Positions 1 through 11,101 are shown, counted from the stretch's first letter. The stretch: DNA of 64,000 bases from Rhodobacterales bacterium (GCA_965217995.1 CBDCKB010000004.1:2123729-2187728); one strand, 5' to 3'. Notes: generated by a model from the letters alone, not told the origin. A program made the numbers and translations.

Positions 1-459
1 CGGCGCTGGTCTCCGAAACATGACAACATCCTCTGGTATGCCAAAAACCCGGACCAATACACCTACCGATTCAACGATATTGACCGCATCCCCTATATGG
101 CCCCCGGTCTCGTCGGCCCCGAGAAGGCGGCACGGGGAAAAACCCCAACCGATACCTGGTGGCACACGATTGTCAGCACGAACGGGAAGGAGCGCACCGG
201 ATACCCGACGCAAAAACCTGTAGCCATCCTGAACCGCATCATCCGGGTTCACTCCAATCCCGGCGACCGGGTGCTCGATTTCTTCGCCGGCAGTGGCACG
301 ACGGGAGAGGCCGCCATACGCGCCGGAAGGGATGCGGTGCTCATCGACCACCATCCCGAAGCCTTCGAAGTCATGAAAAAACGGCTGTCATTCGCCGATC
401 CGGTGTGTCATACGCAACGACCGGAAACTTCCACACTGCCTTTGGCGGCAGTGGGTTGA
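1..459 (+). CDS. DNA methyltransferase (N4/N6 type), 3' part; 5' end outside window
   Basis: Frame 1 is open from base 1 (..HDNILWYAK..). Motifs TGYPTQKP and LDFFAGSGTTG (SAM-binding) occur in ORF 97..459. Confidence 0.85.
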   Translation, partial: RRWSPKHDNILWYAKNPDQYTYRFNDIDRIPYMAPGLVGPEKAARGKTPTDTWWHTIVSTNGKERTGYPTQKPVAILNRIIRVHSNPGDRVLDFFAGSGTTGEAAIRAGRDAVLIDHHPEAFEVMKKRLSFADPVCHTQRPETSTLPLAAVG

Positions 460-688
460 TGGCATTGCGACATTGTGCCTTCGATGCCGAACAGCACCCC
501 CCGGAAAATCCGCAAGATCACCTGCATCACAAACAGGCTCAGGCAGGGTTATCCAGAAGATACGACCTGGGAAGGAAGCCCTTTCGAGTGGATCCGGTGC
601 CGTCAGTCCTCCAGTTTGGGAGTTGTCTGTTACGGCACACGCCAGATGCGCTAGAATCCGGTCACAATCCGCAGATTGGAAATCCATC

Positions 689-1501
689 ATGACGGTGAAA
701 CCGGTACCCGCAAACGCACCCCTGCTCGAAACCCGAGACGGGGCCGTCGCCACCCTCACCCTGAACCGGCCCGAGCAGCGCAATGCCCTGTCCGACGAGA
801 TGATCGCCTCCCTCGATGCCGCCTTCCGGACACTGGCCGATGACGATGGCGTGCGGGCCATCATCCTGCGCGCCGAGGGACCGGCCTTCTGCGCCGGGCA
901 TGACCTCCGCGAGATGACCGCGCGGCGGGCCGAGCCGGACGGAGGACGGACAGCCTTCGCTGATCTCTTCGGGCGTTGCGCCCGGATGATGGCGGGGATC
1001 CCACAGCATCCCAAGCCGGTCATCGCCGAAATCCAGGGACCGGCCTTCGCCGCCGGCTCCCAGCTCGTCGCCTCCTGCGATCTCGCCGTGGCCGCCGAAG
1101 GCACGTTCTTCGCCACCCCCGGTGTCAATATCGGCCTGTTCTGCTCGACCCCGATGGTCGCGCTGGCGCGCAATGTCCCGCGCAAGCGCGCGATGGAGAT
1201 GCTGCTGCTCGGCGAATCCGTGGATGCCGGCCGGGCCGTCGAAATCGGTCTGATCAACCGGGTCGTGCCGGCCGCAGACCTCCGTGCCACGGCCGCCGCC
1301 ATGGCGGAGACGATTGTCTCGAAATCCGCCGTTGCCGTCCGCTACGGCAAGCGCGCCTTCTACGAGCAGATCGAAATGGATCTCGACAGCGCCTACGCGC
1401 ACACCGCGCGAATCATGACCGAGAACATGCTGGCCGGCGATGCCCGTGAGGGAATCGAGGCCTTCCTCGAGAAGCGGCCGCCGGACTGGCCTGACGCCTG
1501 A
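689..1501 (+). CDS. enoyl-CoA hydratase/isomerase (crotonase) family protein
   Basis: ORF 473..1501. The internal ATG at 689 gives MTVKPV..LTLNRPEQRNAL..AFCAGHDL..AEIQGPAFAAG, a typical crotonase fold. Confidence 0.9.
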   Translation: MTVKPVPANAPLLETRDGAVATLTLNRPEQRNALSDEMIASLDAAFRTLADDDGVRAIILRAEGPAFCAGHDLREMTARRAEPDGGRTAFADLFGRCARMMAGIPQHPKPVIAEIQGPAFAAGSQLVASCDLAVAAEGTFFATPGVNIGLFCSTPMVALARNVPRKRAMEMLLLGESVDAGRAVEIGLINRVVPAADLRATAAAMAETIVSKSAVAVRYGKRAFYEQIEMDLDSAYAHTARIMTENMLAGDAREGIEAFLEKRPPDWPDA

Positions 1502-1525
1502 AACCCGCCCGCCGGGGCCGGCGCA

Positions 1526-2230
1526 TCACTGGTTGTGCCTGCGCTCCTCGAGGTATTTGGTCGCCGTCTCCACCGCTACGGCCGCATCACGGCAATACGC
1601 ATCGGCCCCGATCGCGCTGGCGAATTCCTCGTTCAGGGGTGCGCCGCCGACCAGAACGACCAGCTCCTCGCGAATACCGCGCTCGATCAGCGTGTCGATC
1701 ACGACCTTCATATACGGCATGGTCGTGGTCAGGAGTGCTGACATCCCCAGGATATCCGGATCGTGGTCCTTGATCGCCTGCAGGTAGCCCTCGACCGCGT
1801 TGTTGATTCCAAGATCGAACACCTCGAAGCCGGCCCCCTCCATCATCATCGAAACCAGATTCTTGCCGATGTCATGGATGTCGCCCTTGACCGTGCCGAT
1901 GACCATCACCCCCGATTTGGGGGCGCCGGTTTCCGCCAGCAGGGGTCGCAGGAGCACCATGCCGCCCTTCATGGCATTGGCCGCGAGCAGGACTTCGGGA
2001 ACAAACAGGATCCCGTCCCGGAAATCGATCCCGACAACCCGCATGCCCTCGACCAGAGCCTTGGTCAGCACATCGTAGGGCTGCCAGTCGCGCGAAAGCA
2101 GAATCTCCACGCCTTCGATGACCTCATCCTTCATGCCGTCATACAGATCGTCATGCATCTGCAGGACGAGCTCGTCGTCTCCGAGCGCCTGCAGAACGAC
2201 ATCTTCTTCTTCTTCCTCAGCCATGGCCAT
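1526..2230 (-). CDS. corrinoid (B12-binding) protein, MetH cap+cobalamin-domain-like
   Basis: Motifs GDIHDIGKN (DxHxxG), SALLTTT and VLVGGAPL; 234 aa. Confidence 0.85.
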   Translation of the reverse strand: MAMAEEEEEDVVLQALGDDELVLQMHDDLYDGMKDEVIEGVEILLSRDWQPYDVLTKALVEGMRVVGIDFRDGILFVPEVLLAANAMKGGMVLLRPLLAETGAPKSGVMVIGTVKGDIHDIGKNLVSMMMEGAGFEVFDLGINNAVEGYLQAIKDHDPDILGMSALLTTTMPYMKVVIDTLIERGIREELVVLVGGAPLNEEFASAIGADAYCRDAAVAVETATKYLEERRHNQ

Positions 2231-2329
2231 CCACCTGTTGCCGCTCTCGGAGGTCGAGTAGCGGACTTTGCCCCAAATGCCGCCCGTGCGCTAGCCGTTC
2301 ACGACTTGCTGCGCACTGAATGCGACCTA

Positions 2330-3328
2330 TCAGGACTTCCTCCCGCGCCGACCCCGGCGCTTCTCCCCGCCCCCCGCGATCTGTACGAAATCACCCGTCG
2401 CCTCGCGAATGACCTCCCGGGTCGGGCGCGGGCCGACCGGCGTTGCGAGCAGTGCCTCCCGTATCGCCATGATATGCGCCCCGCGCGATCCGCAACAGGC
2501 TCCGATGATCTGCGCTCCCGCATCCCGCGCCAGGCAGGCATAGCGCGCCATCGTCGCGGGCGTGCCACTATAGTGGATATGCCCGTCGATGAATTCCGGC
2601 ACCCCGGCATTGGCCTTGGCGATCACCGGAATCCCGTTCGTCTTGCCGCCGAATTCCAGCACCGCCGCCAGCAGGTCGGAAGGACCGGTGCCGCAATTGG
2701 CCCCGATGGCGAGAGGCGGGGGGGCGAGTCCTGCCGCCAGCTCGGCGAATTCCGCCGGCCGCAGCCCCATCATCGTGCGACCGGCCGTATCGAAACTCAG
2801 GGTCAGACAATACGGTGCCCCGAGCCGGCGGGCCGCTTCGGCGACGGCAAGCATTTCCTCCCGCGAGGAAAGCGTCTCCCCCCACAGCAGATCAGCCCCC
2901 CCGTCCAGCAGCCCACACCCCTGCTCCTCGAACGCCGCCACCGCTGATTCGAACGGAAGCGAACCCACCGGCTCGAGGATTTCGCCCGTCGGCCCGATCG
3001 AGCCGGCCACGAGGACGGTGCGGTCCGCCTCCCGGGCCACCGAACCGGCAATCTCCGCCGCACGCCGGTTGAGCTCATGCACATCCGCCTCCCTGCCGTG
3101 CAGGGCAAGTCGATAGCGGTTGCCGCCAAAACTGTTGGTCAGGACAATATCGGAACCGGCCTCCACGAATTCCTCAACCAGAGACCGCACTTGCTCGGGA
3201 TTCGACTCATTCCAGAGCTCGGGGGCCTCGCCGACCGGAAGCCCGGAATCAAAAAGCGACGTGCCGGTCGCGCCATCGAGCAACACCGGGCGGTGCCGGT
3301 CCAGAAATCCGCCCAGAGAACCCGACAT
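2330..3328 (-). CDS. homocysteine S-methyltransferase domain protein (MetH N-terminal/BHMT-like)
   Basis: LLDGATGT start, NSFGGN, and Zn-ligand cysteines in GANCG and GACCGS. Confidence 0.85.
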   Translation of the reverse strand: MSGSLGGFLDRHRPVLLDGATGTSLFDSGLPVGEAPELWNESNPEQVRSLVEEFVEAGSDIVLTNSFGGNRYRLALHGREADVHELNRRAAEIAGSVAREADRTVLVAGSIGPTGEILEPVGSLPFESAVAAFEEQGCGLLDGGADLLWGETLSSREEMLAVAEAARRLGAPYCLTLSFDTAGRTMMGLRPAEFAELAAGLAPPPLAIGANCGTGPSDLLAAVLEFGGKTNGIPVIAKANAGVPEFIDGHIHYSGTPATMARYACLARDAGAQIIGACCGSRGAHIMAIREALLATPVGPRPTREVIREATGDFVQIAGGGEKRRGRRGRKS

Positions 3329-3340
3329 GCACTCCGCTCC

Positions 3341-3766
3341 TCAGTCCCCGGCGGCGGTCTGCTGGATGCGCCGGACCATCGCCATCAGGCCATTGCTACG
3401 CTGCGGGCTGATATGCGCTGTGAGGTCCAGCTCGGCAAGTGCCTCCGCTGGATCTGTTTCCACCACCTCGGCCAGCGTCCGTCCCGAATACAGCGCCCGC
3501 AGGATGGCGATCAGCCCGCGGGTGATATGGGCATCGCTGTCGCCCTCGAAATACAGACGCCGCACACCTTCGGCGTCTTCCTCCACGCGCGAAACCAGCC
3601 AGACCTGGCTCACGCATCCATCGACCTTGTTCTCCGGCACACGATCCGAATCCTCGATCCCGGGCATTCCGCGTCCGAGTTCGATGACATGGCGGTAGCG
3701 CTCGTCCCAGTCCCCCAGCAGTTCGAAATCGTCCACAATCTCCCGGAACGGTCCGTTCTCAGCCAT
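3341..3766 (-). CDS. sufE: cysteine desulfuration protein SufE
   Basis: 141 aa; ..[11 protein letters not shown].. and ..[10 protein letters not shown].. are typical of SufE. Confidence 0.85.
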   Translation of the reverse strand: MAENGPFREIVDDFELLGDWDERYRHVIELGRGMPGIEDSDRVPENKVDGCVSQVWLVSRVEEDAEGVRRLYFEGDSDAHITRGLIAILRALYSGRTLAEVVETDPAEALAELDLTAHISPQRSNGLMAMVRRIQQTAAGD

Positions 3767-5003
3767 CCTGCGGATCTTCCTTCAGGTGGTCCACCGCCAC
3801 CGGCACCACCCGGCCGCCGCGCCCGGTGAGCGCCGTCTCCCCTCGCTTGAGACGCAGAAGTTCCTCACCGAATTTTTCCCGACGCCAGCCGGAGAGCAGC
3901 GGGATGTCCGGCTCCTCCTCCATCGCCAGACGTTCGAGGTCGGCAGCGGATGCCACGATCCCCTCCGCCACGCCCGTATCGGCGGAGAGCGCCCGAAGCA
4001 GCAATTTCAGGAGGGTGCCCAGTACCGCCTGCGCCGGGTCGGGAGAACGCAGCGCCGGCAGCACCGGACGTTCTACCGGCGGACAATCCAGCCCCCTGCG
4101 CACCGCCGCAAGAACCGCCGTCCGGATTGCGGACATCTTGTTCCTGCGCCGTCCGACGACCCGCAGCGAATCCAGTTCGGCATCACTGGTCGGACACAAT
4201 CCCATAATTTCCCGAAGCATGTCGTCCGACATCACCTGCCGGCGCGGAACATCCCGCCGTCGCGCCTCCTGCTCGCGCCAGGCGGCCAGCTCCCGCAGCA
4301 CCGCGAGATGCTTTCCGCTCCGCGTGCGGATCTTCAGCCTGCGCCACGCCTCGCGCGGGTCCGTGTCATAGCGGGCCGGATCGACCAGCGCCGCCGCTTC
4401 CTCCGCAATCCACTCCTCCCGTCCGCGCTCCGCGAGCTCGGCCTTCAGTTTCTGGTAGACCGCAGGCAGGTGCTCGACATCCGTCAAGGCATATTCCGCC
4501 TGCCGCGCATCCAGCGGCCGATGCGACCAGTCGGTGGAACGCACGGCCTTGTCGACCCGGGCACCCACCAGGCGCTGCACGACCGTCCCGTAGGAAGCCT
4601 GGTCGCCCAGCCCGCAGACCGATGCGGCGATCTGGGTGTCGAACAGCGGCTCCGGAACGACGCCACCGCAATGCAGGAAGATCTCCACATCCTGGGAACC
4701 TGCATGCAGCACCTTCACCACCCCGGGGTCGGCCAGCAACCCGTAGAACGGTGCGAGATCGATCCCATCGGCCAGCGGGTCGATCAGATGGGCATCCCCC
4801 GACCCGGCTTCGGGGCCGCCGATCTGCACAAGGCACAACACCGGCCAGAAGGTGCGCTCGCGCAGAAACTCGGTATCGATGCACACATACGGCTCCCGCC
4901 CGAGCCGCCCGCAAAGGGCGGCCAGTGCCTTCGTGTCGGCGATGATGGGGTGTGGTTCCGGCATGAGCGGCGGATTCCTGTTTTGCACAAAAGGGCGCGT
5001 CAA
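3759..5003 (-). CDS. rnd: ribonuclease D (alternative start at 4964, MPEPHPII)
   Basis: [26 protein letters not shown] and HRDC-like tail; overlaps the sufE start by 8 nt. Confidence 0.85.
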   Translation of the reverse strand: MTRPFVQNRNPPLMPEPHPIIADTKALAALCGRLGREPYVCIDTEFLRERTFWPVLCLVQIGGPEAGSGDAHLIDPLADGIDLAPFYGLLADPGVVKVLHAGSQDVEIFLHCGGVVPEPLFDTQIAASVCGLGDQASYGTVVQRLVGARVDKAVRSTDWSHRPLDARQAEYALTDVEHLPAVYQKLKAELAERGREEWIAEEAAALVDPARYDTDPREAWRRLKIRTRSGKHLAVLRELAAWREQEARRRDVPRRQVMSDDMLREIMGLCPTSDAELDSLRVVGRRRNKMSAIRTAVLAAVRRGLDCPPVERPVLPALRSPDPAQAVLGTLLKLLLRALSADTGVAEGIVASAADLERLAMEEEPDIPLLSGWRREKFGEELLRLKRGETALTGRGGRVVPVAVDHLKEDPQDG

Positions 5004-5126
5004 CTATCGTATCCTGTCTTCGCGGGATTCCGGCCGGGCCGGTGTGTCCGCGTTCCCGAAACTATCCCGCCGGAAGCGGGCCTGCACGGCCCGGACCCGA
5101 GAGCCGGAGCAGAAAAAGAGGCACCG

Positions 5127-6905
5127 ATGCACCCCTACCGCTCCCATACCTGTGGTGCGCTGCGCCGGGAAGATGTCGGCACGGAGGTCCGGCTTTCGGG
5201 CTGGGTGCATCGAATCCGCGACCATGGCGGGCTCCTGTTCATCGACCTGCGCGACCCCTATGGCATGACCCAGATCGTCACCGACCCGGACTCCCCCGCT
5301 TTCGCCACGGTCCAGGAGCTGCGCGCGGAGACCGTGGTCCGGATCGACGGCCAGGTCCGCAAACGCGACGAGAGCACGGTCAATCCGGACCTCCCGACCG
5401 GGGAGGTGGAACTCTTCTGCCGGGCGCTCGAAGTGCTGAATCCGGCCGAGGAAGTGCCGCTGCCCGTGTTCGGCGAGCCCGACTACCCGGAGGAGATGCG
5501 GCTCCGCTACCGCTATCTGGACCTCCGGCGTGCCAGTCTGCATCAGCGCATCCTGTTGCGCTCGCGCATCGTCTCGTCCCTCCGCCGGCGCATGGAGGCG
5601 GCCGGATTCACCGAATTCCAGACCCCGATCCTGACCGCATCGAGCCCCGAAGGCGCGCGGAACTACCTGGTCCCCTCGCGCCTGCATCCGGGGAAGTTCT
5701 ACGCCCTCCCGCAGGCCCCGCAACAATACAAGCAGCTGGCCATGATCGCGGGCTTCGACCGCTACTTCCAGATCGCGCCCTGCTTCCGCGACGAGGATGC
5801 CCGCGCCGACCGCTCGCCCGGCGAATTCTACCAGCTCGATATCGAGATGAGTTTCGTCCGCCAGGAGGACGTCTTCGCGGCGATCGAGCCGGTGCTGCGC
5901 GACCTCTTTGTCGAATTCGGCACCGGGCGGAAGGTCGATGACCCGTTCCCGCAGATCACCTATCACGACGCCCTCGAACGCTACGCCACCGACAAGCCGG
6001 ATCTGCGCAACCCGATCCAGCTCCGCGCCGTATCGGAGCATTTCCGGGGGGGCGGCTTCGCCATCTTCGCCGGCATCCTCGAGCAGGACGCCCGGGCGGA
6101 GATCCGTGCCATCCCTGCCCCGGGCGGTGGCTCGCGCGCCTTCTGCGACCGGATGAATGCCTGGGCACAGGGCGAAGGCCAGCCGGGCCTGGCCTATATC
6201 CTGTTCCGCGAGGAGGACGGTCAATGCGTCGGCGCCGGGCCGGTGGCGCGCAATCTCGGCCCCGAACGGACCGAGGCGCTGCGCCGGGAACTCGATCTCG
6301 GCCCCGGGGACGCCGCTTTCTTCTGCGCCGGGGTGCCGGCCGAGATCCGTCGCTTCCTCGCCCCGGCCCGCCAACGGATCGCGGAGGAGCTCGACCTCGT
6401 GGACCGGACGCGCTTCGCCTTCTGCTGGATTGTGGATTTTCCGCTCTACGAACTCGATGACCGGGGGCAGCTCGGCTTCTCCCACAATCCCTTCTCGATG
6501 CCGCAGGGAGGACTCGAAGCCCTGGAGACGAAAGATCCCCTCGAGGTGCTGGCCTGGCAGTACGACATCGTCTGCAACGGGGTCGAACTCTCCTCCGGGG
6601 CCATCCGCAACCACCGCCTCGACATCATGCTCCGCAGTTTCGAGATCGTCGGCTACACCCGCGAGGAAGTGCTGGACCGGTTTCCGGGAATGGCCCAGGC
6701 CCTCCGTTTCGGGGCCCCGCCGCATGGCGGCATCGCGCCCGGGCTCGACCGGATCATCATGCTGCTCGCCGATGCCGCCAATCTCCGCGAAGTGACGATG
6801 TTCCCGCTCAGCCAGCAGGCCGAGGAGCTGATGCTGGGGGCACCGTCGGAAATCGGGGATTCGGAACTGCGCGATCTCGGCCTCCGGCTGGCGCCGCGGA
6901 AATAG
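5127..6905 (+). CDS. aspS: aspartate--tRNA ligase
   Basis: Internal ATG of ORF 3786..6905: [46 protein letters not shown]. Confidence 0.95.
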   Translation: MHPYRSHTCGALRREDVGTEVRLSGWVHRIRDHGGLLFIDLRDPYGMTQIVTDPDSPAFATVQELRAETVVRIDGQVRKRDESTVNPDLPTGEVELFCRALEVLNPAEEVPLPVFGEPDYPEEMRLRYRYLDLRRASLHQRILLRSRIVSSLRRRMEAAGFTEFQTPILTASSPEGARNYLVPSRLHPGKFYALPQAPQQYKQLAMIAGFDRYFQIAPCFRDEDARADRSPGEFYQLDIEMSFVRQEDVFAAIEPVLRDLFVEFGTGRKVDDPFPQITYHDALERYATDKPDLRNPIQLRAVSEHFRGGGFAIFAGILEQDARAEIRAIPAPGGGSRAFCDRMNAWAQGEGQPGLAYILFREEDGQCVGAGPVARNLGPERTEALRRELDLGPGDAAFFCAGVPAEIRRFLAPARQRIAEELDLVDRTRFAFCWIVDFPLYELDDRGQLGFSHNPFSMPQGGLEALETKDPLEVLAWQYDIVCNGVELSSGAIRNHRLDIMLRSFEIVGYTREEVLDRFPGMAQALRFGAPPHGGIAPGLDRIIMLLADAANLREVTMFPLSQQAEELMLGAPSEIGDSELRDLGLRLAPRK

Positions 6906-6922
6906 CCCGCAACCCGCCGCCA

Positions 6923-7183
6923 TCAGTGCCGGGTCACGCCGACATCCTCGAGCGTGACCAGATCGAAATGAATCGTCCCGGCCACCAGCCCCCAGAGCAC
7001 CACCGCTCCCACGGTCGCCACCTGCACCTTCCAGCGCAGCCCCGGATCGACCGGTGCGGAGGGCGGCGTTCCCGGAACCACTTGGCCGCCCTCGCTCTGG
7101 GAGCGGATGCGGATCGGCAGCACCGCGAAAAACACCAGCGGCCAGATGACCGCAAAGAGAACCACCGCCCCGGTCCAGCTCAC
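6923..7183 (-). CDS. DUF1467-type small membrane protein (GTG start)
   Basis: VSWTGAVVLFAVIWPLVFFAVLPIRIRSQ..GTPPSAP matches the DUF1467 pattern; lies just downstream of the epimerase gene. Confidence 0.6.
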   Translation of the reverse strand: MSWTGAVVLFAVIWPLVFFAVLPIRIRSQSEGGQVVPGTPPSAPVDPGLRWKVQVATVGAVVLWGLVAGTIHFDLVTLEDVGVTRH

Positions 7184-7211
7184 GCCGGATCCTCCCGGCC
7201 GGTCGCACCCG

Positions 7212-7616
7212 TCATGCCTCCTCCAGTTCCACCAGCACGCCGTCGAAATCCTTCGGGTGCAGAAACAGCACCGGCCGGCCATGGGCGCCGATCTTCGGCT
7301 CGCCATCGCCCAGAATGCGGGCACCGGATTCCTGCAACCGATCCCGGGCCGCGGCAATGTCGCTGACCTCATAGCAGACATGATGGATGCCACCCCCGGG
7401 ATTGCGCTCGAGAAACCCGGCCACCGGCGAATCGGCCCCGAGCGGCTCCAGCAGCTCGACCTTCGACCCCTCCAGCTCGACGAAGACCAGCCGGACCCCG
7501 TGCGCCGGTTCCTCCTGCACCGGTGACAGCCGCGCCCCGAGCGCATCCCGGTAGCGGGCCGCGGCCGCGGCCAGATCCGGCACGACGATCGCCACATGGT
7601 TGAGGCGCCCGATCAT
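7212..7616 (-). CDS. methylmalonyl-CoA epimerase (VOC/glyoxalase family)
   Basis: MIGRLNHVAIVVPDL..GGIHHVCYEV..VLVELEE; 134 aa. Confidence 0.85.
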   Translation of the reverse strand: MIGRLNHVAIVVPDLAAAAARYRDALGARLSPVQEEPAHGVRLVFVELEGSKVELLEPLGADSPVAGFLERNPGGGIHHVCYEVSDIAAARDRLQESGARILGDGEPKIGAHGRPVLFLHPKDFDGVLVELEEA

Positions 7617-10600
7617 GATGCCCGGGCCCCCGATTCGACCTCCATCCCCAGGATGCCGGGCAGACCGGCCAGCTCGGCCCGCCGGCTGACGGTGAGCGGA
7701 TGGATCCCCGGGATGGCGAGCTCGACCCGACTCTCCGCCTCGGGAATCTCCAGCAGCAGCCGGATCCGGGCGGACCCGATGGTCCCCTCTTCCTCTGTCA
7801 CGCGAAGGAAAGCGGCAACGGTGTCAGCGGCGGCGGCGGATGAAATCGACAGCCGCAACAGATCGGGCGGTGCGCGTCCGTGTCGGGTCAGTGTCTCTTC
7901 CAGCGAATAGGCGTTCCAGCAGATCAGCCCGCCGCCACGCCGGGATTCCCGGCCGTCACCGCCCCCCACCTCCAGCACCACCGATGCGCCCTCGACGAGT
8001 ACGTCCCGGCAGCGCTCCAACTCCGATTCGAACATGGTCAGGCTCTGATCCCCCAGCGGGTCGGAAATCTGCAGCCGGGCATAGATCCTGCCTCGCTGGG
8101 AGCGGCGGCGCTGCACCTGCGTCACGACCCCGGCCACCAGCCGGTTGCCCTCCCCCGGACTGTCCGCAGCGATTTCCGAGCAGTAGCGGATGTTCTGCGC
8201 CTGGAGGTCCTCGGCATAGGCATCAAGCGGATGTCCGGAGATCAGGAAGCCCACCGCTTCGCGCTCCATGGCAAACCGGTCCTTCGGCGGGAAATCGGGC
8301 ACCGTCGGCGGCGGCGGCTCCGGCACTTCGAGCTGTTCCTCGCCAAACAGAAACGGGGCCCCGCCTTCCGCCCCCGGCCGCCATGTCTGAGAATAGGCCA
8401 TCAACGTCGGCAGGAACTCGAGCACCCGGCGGCGGTTCGGCTCCAGCCCATCGAAGGCACCGGCGGCAGCGAGTTTCTCGAGCGCGCCCCGGCCGATGCT
8501 CTTGAGGCTGACGCGGCGGGCCAGATCGCACAGACTCGCATAGGGGCCGTCTGCCTTGCGCGCCTCCTCGATCTCGCCGATCGCGACGACGCCCACTCCT
8601 TTGACCGCGCCCAGTGCGTAGGGGATCGAATTCCCGGCCGGGCAGAATCGGGACCCGGAGTGATTCACGCAAGGCGGCGGCACGGTGATGCCGAGCCGGC
8701 GCGCCTCGGAGCGATAGGCGAGCAGTTTCTCGTCCTGCGCATGCCCGCCGATTTCCATGTTCATCGCGGCGGCAAGACACTCGACCGGATGGTGCACTTT
8801 CAGATAGGCGGTCTGGTAGCTGATCAAGGCGTAGGCAGCCGCATGCGACTTGTTGAAGCCGTAATCGGCGAATTTCTCGATCAGATCGTAGATCGGTTTC
8901 GCCTGCGCGGGTTCCACCCCGCAGGTCTTGCCCATCCCGGCGATGAACGCCTGTTTCATGGCCTGGATCTCCGAGGCCTGCTTCTTGCCGATGGCCCGGC
9001 GCAGATTGTCGGCCTGCCCCAGCGAGAAGCCGGCAAGCTTCTGCGCGATCTCCATGATCTGCTCCTGATAGACAATGATGCCGTAGGTCTCTTTCAGGAT
9101 CGGATCCAGCAGGGCCTCGACCTCGGGAGCGCTGCTGATCGGCTCCAGGCGCTTCCGGCCCAGCTTGCGGTCACAGAAAGAAGGAATGTTCTCCATCGGC
9201 CCGGGCCGGTACAGCGCCACCAGGGCGATCAGGTCCTCGAACCGATCCGGCTGCAGGTCGCGGAGCGCGCTGCGCATGCCCTCGCTCTCGACCTGGAACA
9301 CCCCGGTCGTCTCCGCCTCCCGGTAGAGATCAAACGTCCGGACGTCGTCGAGCGGCACCCGGGCGGGATCGAACTCCACCCCGCGGGCATGGAGAAAATC
9401 CACCGCCCCCTGGATGGCCGTCAGGGTCTTGAGACCGAGCAGGTCGAATTTCACCAGCCCCGCCTCCTCGACCCACTCCTTGGTGTATTGCGTGGCGGGC
9501 ATGTCGGAGCGGAAGTCCTGGTAGAGCGGCACCATCTCCGTGATCGCCCGGTTCGCGATCACCAGCCCGGCGGCATGAATCGACACATTGCGCGTCAGGC
9601 CCTCGATCCGCCGGGCGATCTCATAAAGCCGCTGGGTGCGGTCGTCGGCGCGGATCGCAGTGCGGAATTCCGGAATCTGCGCCATCGCATCCGCCAGCCG
9701 CACCGGCTCGCTCTGCTGGAGCGGGATCAGTTTGGCGAGGCGGTCGGTCTCGCCATAGCTCATGCCCAGCACGCGTCCGACATCGCGGATCGAGGCGCGC
9801 GATTTCAGGGAACCGAGGGAAATGATCTTCGCCGTCCGCTCGGCACCGTAGCGTCCGCGCACATAGGCAATCACCTCATCCCGGCGGCGTTCGCAGAAAT
9901 CGATGTCGAAATCCGGCATCGACACGCGTTCGGGATTGAGAAACCGCTCGAACAGCAAGCCGTAGCGGATCGGGTCCAGATCGGTGATGCGAAGCGCATA
10001 GGCGACCAGGGAACCGGCCCCCGAGCCCCTGCCCGGGCCGACCGGAATGCCCTGGCCGCGGGTCCAGCGGACGATATCCGCAACAATCAGGAAGTAGCCG
10101 GCAAACCCCATCCCCTCGATCATCTCGAGTTCGTACTTCAGCCGCCCCTCATAGACCGACGGGTCATCCGCCAGCTCGATTTCCCGGATCCGCTCCTCCA
10201 GCCCCTCACGTGCCGCGCCGCGAAGGGCTTCGATCTCGTCTTCGGCAAAGCGCGGCAGCTGCGGTTCCTGCCGGCCGGGCCAGAACGAGCAACGCTGGGC
10301 AATCTCGACCGTATTGGCCAGCGCTTCCGGCAGGTCGGCAAAGCGCTCCTGCATCTCCGCGCTCGAGGTGAAACAGCATTCGGGCGTGTAGCGTCCCGCC
10401 TCGCCATGTTTGCCGATGGCGAGGAGTACCTCATGGGCCTCGAAAAAATCCCGATCGGGGAAACAGACCCGATTGGTCGCCACGAGCGGCAGTTTCCGGT
10501 CATAGGCGAGACGCAGGAAATCCGCCTCGGTCGCGGCCTCCGCAGGCGCCGTCCGCTCCCCGCCGGTGCCATGCCGCTGGATCTCGACATAGAGACGGTC

Positions 10601-11101
10601 GGGAAAGATTGCGGCAAGATCATCGAGAAGCGCGCCGGCCGCCGCCTCCCGCCGGCCACGCAGCAGCGCGCCAAGGGGGCCGAAAGCCCCGCCGGTGAGG
10701 CAGATCAGATCCTCGCCGGCAGCGGCGAGACGGTCGAGAGTGACATAGACGCCCCCCTCCTTGAGATAGAGGTCGGAGAGATAGAGGTCGGAGACCAGCC
10801 GCAGCAGATTGCGCCAGCCGGTCTCGGTCTGCGCATAGAGGGCCAGGGCCGGGGAGATGCCCCCGGTTGGTTCCCCGAAACCGACCGCACAGCCCATGAT
10901 CGGCTGGATGCCGGCCGCCTCCATCGAACTGGCGAAATCGAGTGCCCCGAAGAGGTTGTCCGAATCGGCAAGGCCGACCGCCGGCATTTCCGACTTCTGG
11001 CAGAGATCCACGATTTCAGGGATCCGGATCGCCCCTTCGAGCGGCGAATAGGCGGAGCAGACGCGGAGATGGATGAAAGGCGGAGAGGCAGGGGCGGGCA
11101 T
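7613..11101 (-). CDS. dnaE: DNA polymerase III alpha subunit
   Basis: Start MPAPASPPFIHLRVCSAYSPLEGA (PHP domain) inside ORF 7613..11581; 1162 aa. Confidence 0.95.
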   Translation of the reverse strand: MPAPASPPFIHLRVCSAYSPLEGAIRIPEIVDLCQKSEMPAVGLADSDNLFGALDFASSMEAAGIQPIMGCAVGFGEPTGGISPALALYAQTETGWRNLLRLVSDLYLSDLYLKEGGVYVTLDRLAAAGEDLICLTGGAFGPLGALLRGRREAAAGALLDDLAAIFPDRLYVEIQRHGTGGERTAPAEAATEADFLRLAYDRKLPLVATNRVCFPDRDFFEAHEVLLAIGKHGEAGRYTPECCFTSSAEMQERFADLPEALANTVEIAQRCSFWPGRQEPQLPRFAEDEIEALRGAAREGLEERIREIELADDPSVYEGRLKYELEMIEGMGFAGYFLIVADIVRWTRGQGIPVGPGRGSGAGSLVAYALRITDLDPIRYGLLFERFLNPERVSMPDFDIDFCERRRDEVIAYVRGRYGAERTAKIISLGSLKSRASIRDVGRVLGMSYGETDRLAKLIPLQQSEPVRLADAMAQIPEFRTAIRADDRTQRLYEIARRIEGLTRNVSIHAAGLVIANRAITEMVPLYQDFRSDMPATQYTKEWVEEAGLVKFDLLGLKTLTAIQGAVDFLHARGVEFDPARVPLDDVRTFDLYREAETTGVFQVESEGMRSALRDLQPDRFEDLIALVALYRPGPMENIPSFCDRKLGRKRLEPISSAPEVEALLDPILKETYGIIVYQEQIMEIAQKLAGFSLGQADNLRRAIGKKQASEIQAMKQAFIAGMGKTCGVEPAQAKPIYDLIEKFADYGFNKSHAAAYALISYQTAYLKVHHPVECLAAAMNMEIGGHAQDEKLLAYRSEARRLGITVPPPCVNHSGSRFCPAGNSIPYALGAVKGVGVVAIGEIEEARKADGPYASLCDLARRVSLKSIGRGALEKLAAAGAFDGLEPNRRRVLEFLPTLMAYSQTWRPGAEGGAPFLFGEEQLEVPEPPPPTVPDFPPKDRFAMEREAVGFLISGHPLDAYAEDLQAQNIRYCSEIAADSPGEGNRLVAGVVTQVQRRRSQRGRIYARLQISDPLGDQSLTMFESELERCRDVLVEGASVVLEVGGGDGRESRRGGGLICWNAYSLEETLTRHGRAPPDLLRLSISSAAAADTVAAFLRVTEEEGTIGSARIRLLLEIPEAESRVELAIPGIHPLTVSRRAELAGLPGILGMEVESGARAS

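Noticed and set aside
3786-5126. Long N-terminal extension of the aspS ORF (3786..6905), and many other very long ORFs antisense to or overlapping real genes. Examples: 5004..7208-, 7880..11224+, 13859..15796-, 16049..18673-, 20507..22984-, 41149..43308-, 42156..43973+, 44299..45855-, 46085..47728+, 47906..49384+, 50537..51805+ and the upstream part of 31716..35075-.
   Set aside because: These are typical stop-poor shadow frames of GC-rich DNA. Their translations are Arg/Pro/Gly/Ala-rich with no recognisable motifs. Each overlaps a gene with a clear family signature on the other strand or in another frame.
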